Origin: an uncultured Ruminococcus sp. | GTDB taxonomy: Bacteria; Bacillota; Clostridia; Oscillospirales; Acutalibacteraceae | DNA length: 37,213 nucleotides | Reading direction: 5' to 3' | NCBI GenBank assembly: GCA_964407485.1 | Contig: CAYOVQ010000001.1 | Span: 1-37,213, forward strand | Part shown: piece by piece, positions 33,247 to 37,213 of the stretch | Layout of the letters: the number at the start of each line of letters is the position of its first letter | Position numbering within the stretch: position 1 is the stretch's first letter | Notes under the pieces: model-generated | Database searches by the model: none | What the model saw: the letters and a program-made list of their open reading frames with translations, nothing else | What the model was told of the DNA's origin: nothing | Translations under genes and position numbers: made by a program

Positions 33247-35232
33247 GTGCCGTTCACAAAAAAACATCAGACCACCCTTACAGTACTGTCAATACTGTTG
33301 GTGTTGATTATCATACTTTATACCGCAAGAATATATTCTATACAAATCGTAAATTCTTCAAAATATTCGTCTAACGCTCAGGGTAGCACGTCTTCAAGAA
33401 CGGCGGTTCTTAAAGCGCCACGCGGTGAAATACTTGACAGTTACGGCAGACAGATAGCCGCCAACCGTGACGGCTACAACATTGTTTTTAACAAGGCTTA
33501 TGTTAAAGACAATATTAATGATATTATCCTTACGCTTGTTAATTTGCTGGACGAAAAAACTGTTGAGCACAAGGACAGGCTACCGCTCAATTATCAGGCT
33601 CCCTACAATTTTAATGAGGGCGAATCTACCGAAAAACTTATTAAAACATTAGAACTTGCCGATTATGCCACGGCAGAAAACTGTTTTGTGCGTCTGGTAG
33701 AGCGTTATGAACTTGAAAATTATACGGTAGATCAACAACGCAAAATAATGGGCGTGCGTTACAGTATGGAAATTGAGGATTTTTCAATTTCATACCCATA
33801 CACCTTTGCAGAAGATATTCCTAACGAACTTATGCTCAAAATATCAGAGTCAAACTTTATGTTAGACGGGGTTTCGGTAGAGGTTGTTCCGTTCAGATAT
33901 TACCCCGATACGTCACTTGCCGTAAATCTTATCGGTACAGTGGGTCCTATTTATGAAGAGGACTGGGCAGAGGGTGAAAATTACAAGAAGCGTGGCTATT
34001 CCTTTGACGATAAGGTTGGCAAAAGCGGTATCGAATACTATGCCGAAGAATATCTTCGCGGAACCGACGGTGAAATAACCTACTACCTTGACGAAGAGGG
34101 CAATATTATAAGCCAAGAGGTTACAAAAAAAGCAGTTGCAGGCAAAACGATAATGCTGACTATTGACGCAAAAATGCAACGCACCGTACAGGACGCGCTT
34201 GCAAATACCGTTAAAACATTGCAGAGCGAGGGCGGTACAGCCCGCGCAGGCGCCGCAGTTGTAATTGATATAAATAGCGGCGGTGTTATTACCTCTGCAA
34301 ATTATCCTACGTACGATACGGCTACAATGTCAGAAAATTACGACGCACTGCTTGCCGACCCCACCAATCCACTTACCGACCGCGCTTTTCAGGGTGTGTA
34401 CCCTATAGGCTCTACAATCAAGCCTATTGTTGCGGCGGCGGCACTTGAAAATAATCTTTACACCACTGGCGAAACAATCTATTGCTCACGTACATATAAA
34501 TACTTTGACGACTTTCAACCCAGTTGTATGCATTTTCACAAGCATATGAATCTTACGACGGCGCTTTCAAAAAGTTGCAACTACTTTTTCTTTGAACTTG
34601 GTCGCCGCGTTGGCGCTATGACTCTTACCGATTACTATAAACAATTTGGTTTAGGTGTAAAAACAGGCGTCGAAGTTAATGACAGCGCGGGTATTTTGGT
34701 TGAGCCTACGTCTAACGGCTTTGGCGGTGACACGTTGCAGATTGCAATTGGTCAAATGAATGCCTTTACACCGCTTCAACTTGCAAATTATGTCGCCACA
34801 TTTGCTAACGGCGGCACACACTATAAGGCTACACTTATTGACAAAATTGTCTCTTACGATATGACCGAAACCTATGATGAATGTGATCCGCAGGTGGTTA
34901 ATACCATAAGTCTTAAAGAAAGTACGATATCCTCTATAAAAACGGGCATGCTGTCGGTTACAGTTGACGGTACAGGTCAGGCAGCGCTGGGTGATTACCC
35001 CATTAAAATAGGCGGTAAAACAGGTACCGCGCAGGTAGAAGGCAAGGCAGATCACTCAACCTTTATTGTGTTTGCGCCTTATGATAACCCAGAAATCGCT
35101 ATTTCGGTAGTTCTTGAGCACGGCGCATCGAGTTATGCCTCGGGTAATCTTGTTCGTCAGATACTTGATGCATACTTCTTCTCAACAGAAAACACCGCTT
35201 CGGATATTCTGCCTTTTACTGTAATAGAATAA
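33247..35232 (+). CDS. mrdA: Penicillin-binding protein 2 (elongation-specific class B transpeptidase)
   Basis: GTG start follows GAGGTGA. N-terminal TM, plus motifs STIKP (SxxK), SKSCN (SxN) and KTGTA. Confidence 0.88.
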   Translation: MPFTKKHQTTLTVLSILLVLIIILYTARIYSIQIVNSSKYSSNAQGSTSSRTAVLKAPRGEILDSYGRQIAANRDGYNIVFNKAYVKDNINDIILTLVNLLDEKTVEHKDRLPLNYQAPYNFNEGESTEKLIKTLELADYATAENCFVRLVERYELENYTVDQQRKIMGVRYSMEIEDFSISYPYTFAEDIPNELMLKISESNFMLDGVSVEVVPFRYYPDTSLAVNLIGTVGPIYEEDWAEGENYKKRGYSFDDKVGKSGIEYYAEEYLRGTDGEITYYLDEEGNIISQEVTKKAVAGKTIMLTIDAKMQRTVQDALANTVKTLQSEGGTARAGAAVVIDINSGGVITSANYPTYDTATMSENYDALLADPTNPLTDRAFQGVYPIGSTIKPIVAAAALENNLYTTGETIYCSRTYKYFDDFQPSCMHFHKHMNLTTALSKSCNYFFFELGRRVGAMTLTDYYKQFGLGVKTGVEVNDSAGILVEPTSNGFGGDTLQIAIGQMNAFTPLQLANYVATFANGGTHYKATLIDKIVSYDMTETYDECDPQVVNTISLKESTISSIKTGMLSVTVDGTGQAALGDYPIKIGGKTGTAQVEGKADHSTFIVFAPYDNPEIAISVVLEHGASSYASGNLVRQILDAYFFSTENTASDILPFTVIE

Positions 35233-35262
35233 TTTTAATAGTTAATTTAAGGCTTTTGTTAA

Positions 35263-35291
35263 TTGACATAAAATACCTTTTATGATAAAAT
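35263..35291 (+). promoter_or_regulatory. Sigma-A-type promoter for the minD-like gene
   Basis: TTGACA (35263-35268), 17 nt, TAAAAT (35286-35291), with extended -10 TGa. Confidence 0.5.
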
Positions 35292-35329
35292 ATTTTGAAA
35301 AAGCAATCAATAGTCAGGAGGCGCATTAA

Positions 35330-36061
35330 ATGGGTATTTGTATAGCCACCACATCGGGTAAAGGCGGCACAGGCAAGTCTACCGTTTCGTGCGGACTGGC
35401 TCTGGCTTTTGCAAAAATGGGCAAAAGCGTTCTGCTTATTGATATGGACGAGGGACTGCGTTGTCTTGACCTTCTTTTAGGTATAGACCATAAGGTTGTT
35501 TTTGACCTGTCGGATATTTTAAACGGCGCGTCCATTGGCGATGCTACCTATACCCTGCCCACAAATGCGCAGATAAGCGTTATTCCTGCGCCGTCGCATA
35601 TAGGCAGTATATCGTTCGGTGCTTTATCAGACTTTGCAAAAAAAGTAAAATCAATGTATGACGTTGTAATTTTCGACTTTCCCGCAGGGCTTGACTTTTC
35701 ACTCTATTCTGCAATCGGTGAGGACACACAGTTTTTAAGCATCTGCAATCCCGACCCTGTATCTGTGCGCGATGCCGCCGCTGTTTGCCAAACTTTAGGC
35801 GATAGAAAAATAGCGCCGCGACTTATAATCAACCGTTTTGATGCAGAATATATTAAAAAGAAAATATACAGCAATATTGATGATATAATAGATATATCGG
35901 GCTTCAGGCTTTTAGGGGTGGTACCTCAAAGCGCAGAACTTATGTTACTTAGCGTTACTCATAACATTAACAGAAAAACAAGGGCATTTAAGGCTCTTTA
36001 CCGCATAACTCAAAGGCTTGACGGCAAAGAAGTCAAATTGCCAAAAATCAAAAAAATATAA
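35330..36061 (+). CDS. minD: MinD/ParA-family ATPase (MinD-like, 243 aa)
   Basis: Deviant Walker A is SGKGGTGKST. DMDEGLRCLDLLLG and FDFPAG blocks parallel MinD. RBS is AGGAGG. Confidence 0.75.
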   Translation: MGICIATTSGKGGTGKSTVSCGLALAFAKMGKSVLLIDMDEGLRCLDLLLGIDHKVVFDLSDILNGASIGDATYTLPTNAQISVIPAPSHIGSISFGALSDFAKKVKSMYDVVIFDFPAGLDFSLYSAIGEDTQFLSICNPDPVSVRDAAAVCQTLGDRKIAPRLIINRFDAEYIKKKIYSNIDDIIDISGFRLLGVVPQSAELMLLSVTHNINRKTRAFKALYRITQRLDGKEVKLPKIKKI

Positions 36062-36097
36062 GCAATACAAATACACTTTCTAAGGGGGCAAAATTTT

Positions 36098-36499
36098 ATG
36101 ACTATTGCTTTAATCGCACACGATGCAAAAAAGGAACTTATGGTGCAGTTTTGTATAGCATACTGCGGAATACTCAGCCGACATAATCTTGTAGCCACAG
36201 GCACTACGGGTAAAACCGTGGCCGAGGCAACAGGACTTGAGATAACACGCTTTTTGGCTGGTTCACAGGGCGGCGCGCAACAGATTGCATCTCGCATAGG
36301 CTGTGATGAAATCGACCTGTTGTTGCTCTTCCGTGACCCGTTAACGCCAAAGCCAAATGAGCCCGACGAGCAAGCATTATTGCGCCTTTGTGATGTGCAT
36401 AATATTCCCGTTGCTACCAATATTGCCACCGCCGAAGTGCTTATACACGGTCTTGAGCGTGGTGACCTTGATTGGCGCGAAATTCTTAAAAATTCTTAA
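36098..36499 (+). CDS. mgsA: Methylglyoxal synthase
   Basis: [16 protein letters not shown] and GGAQQI motifs; 133 aa. Confidence 0.95.
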   Translation: MTIALIAHDAKKELMVQFCIAYCGILSRHNLVATGTTGKTVAEATGLEITRFLAGSQGGAQQIASRIGCDEIDLLLLFRDPLTPKPNEPDEQALLRLCDVHNIPVATNIATAEVLIHGLERGDLDWREILKNS

Positions 36500-36528
36500 A
36501 TTTTATATAGTCAGGAAGTTATTTTAAA

Positions 36529-37213
36529 ATGGCAGAAATTAACCGTGCTATAAAAGGCACGAACGATATGTTACCCGCAGACTCTCACAAATTTCATTTT
36601 GTAGAGGGTAAAATGTTGGATATTGCTTCACTTTACGGTTTCCGTGAGATACGCGTTCCCGTTTTTGAGCATACCGAAGTATTTCAACGCAGTGTCGGTG
36701 ATACAACCGACGTTGTACAAAAAGAAATGTACACTTTTGACGATAAGGGCGGCCGCTCAATCACATTGCGCCCCGAACTTACCGCTGGTGTTGTACGCAG
36801 TGTTATAGAACACGGTCTTGTAAACGGCGCATTGCCTGTTAAGGTTTGTTACGTGGGCGGTTGTTACCGTTATGAAAAACCGCAGGCTGGCAGACTTCGT
36901 GAATTTCATCAATTTGGAGTAGAGTGTTTTGGCGCGGCTTCACCTGCCGCCGATGCCGAGGTTATTTCATTAGGTTTACAGGTATTAGAGACGGTTGGTA
37001 TAAAAAATATTTCACTCGAAATTAACTCTATCGGCTGTCCCGAATGTCGTAAAAATTACCACAAGGCATTAAGCGAATACTTTGCATCTCATATAGATAC
37101 GCTTTGCGAAACCTGTCGCGACAGGCTTTCCCGCAACCCGATGCGTATACTTGACTGTAAGTCACCCATATGCTCGGCGCTTGCCAACGACGCGCCAAAA
37201 GTTATAGACTTTT
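36529..37213 (+). CDS. hisS: Histidine--tRNA ligase, N-terminal 228 codons (continues past the right window edge)
   Basis: The frame from ATG 36529 stays open to the window end, so it is absent from the ORF track. KGTNDMLP, LRPELTAGVVR and YRYEKPQAGRLREFHQFGVE class-II motifs are present. Confidence 0.95.
   Translation, partial: MAEINRAIKGTNDMLPADSHKFHFVEGKMLDIASLYGFREIRVPVFEHTEVFQRSVGDTTDVVQKEMYTFDDKGGRSITLRPELTAGVVRSVIEHGLVNGALPVKVCYVGGCYRYEKPQAGRLREFHQFGVECFGAASPAADAEVISLGLQVLETVGIKNISLEINSIGCPECRKNYHKALSEYFASHIDTLCETCRDRLSRNPMRILDCKSPICSALANDAPKVIDF

Noticed and set aside
36010-36429. A 139-aa minus-strand ORF.
   Set aside because: It is antisense to mgsA and the end of the minD-like gene, has no RBS, and its translation is Cys/Ser/Arg-rich with no motif.
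36500-36528. A T-box leader or other riboswitch upstream of hisS.
   Set aside because: The intergenic space after mgsA is only 29 nt, far too short for a T-box. hisS is probably co-transcribed with mgsA.

Overview
This is a 37.2-kb chromosomal segment of a spore-forming Firmicute (class Clostridia). A cohesin/dockerin protein hints at a Ruminococcus-like Oscillospiraceae member, but that is inference only. The standard genetic code applies: TGA terminates polA, tmcAL, the phosphatase-RimI fusion and the zinc-ribbon gene.

Left part (1-10.5 kb): rny (partial), an FkbM-type methyltransferase, rhamnulokinase, a galK / interrupted alpha-beta hydrolase / SGNH esterase operon, ackA, tmcAL and a DUF4380-like gene.

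Centre (10.5-18.5 kb): an AT-richer accessory block bracketed by two strong bidirectional hairpin terminators. It holds a 1580-aa secreted protein with a BspA-type LRR head, 2 + 29 copies of an H-x-Y-x3-C-D-x2-C-N-x-C-G-x2-R module I do not recognise, then Ig-like, cohesin and dockerin domains. A 149-aa P-loop NTPase gene is translationally coupled just upstream of it, and an XRE regulator gene lies divergent to that. A three-gene operon follows: HTH-like protein / zinc-ribbon-TM-LRR membrane protein / Ser/Thr kinase lacking a glycine loop.

Right part (18.5-37.2 kb): asp23, a complete spoIIIAA-AH operon, yebC, dusB, polA, an LMW-phosphatase-RimI fusion, tsaD, a DAG-kinase-family lipid kinase, mreBCD, PBP2, a solitary minD-like ATPase, mgsA and hisS (partial).

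No rRNA, tRNA, CRISPR array, transposase or integrase was recognised. Eight of ten hand-called sigma-A-type promoters carry an extended -10 (TGn) element. All family assignments are by-eye motif recognition on the translations; no database search or computation beyond hand counting was possible.
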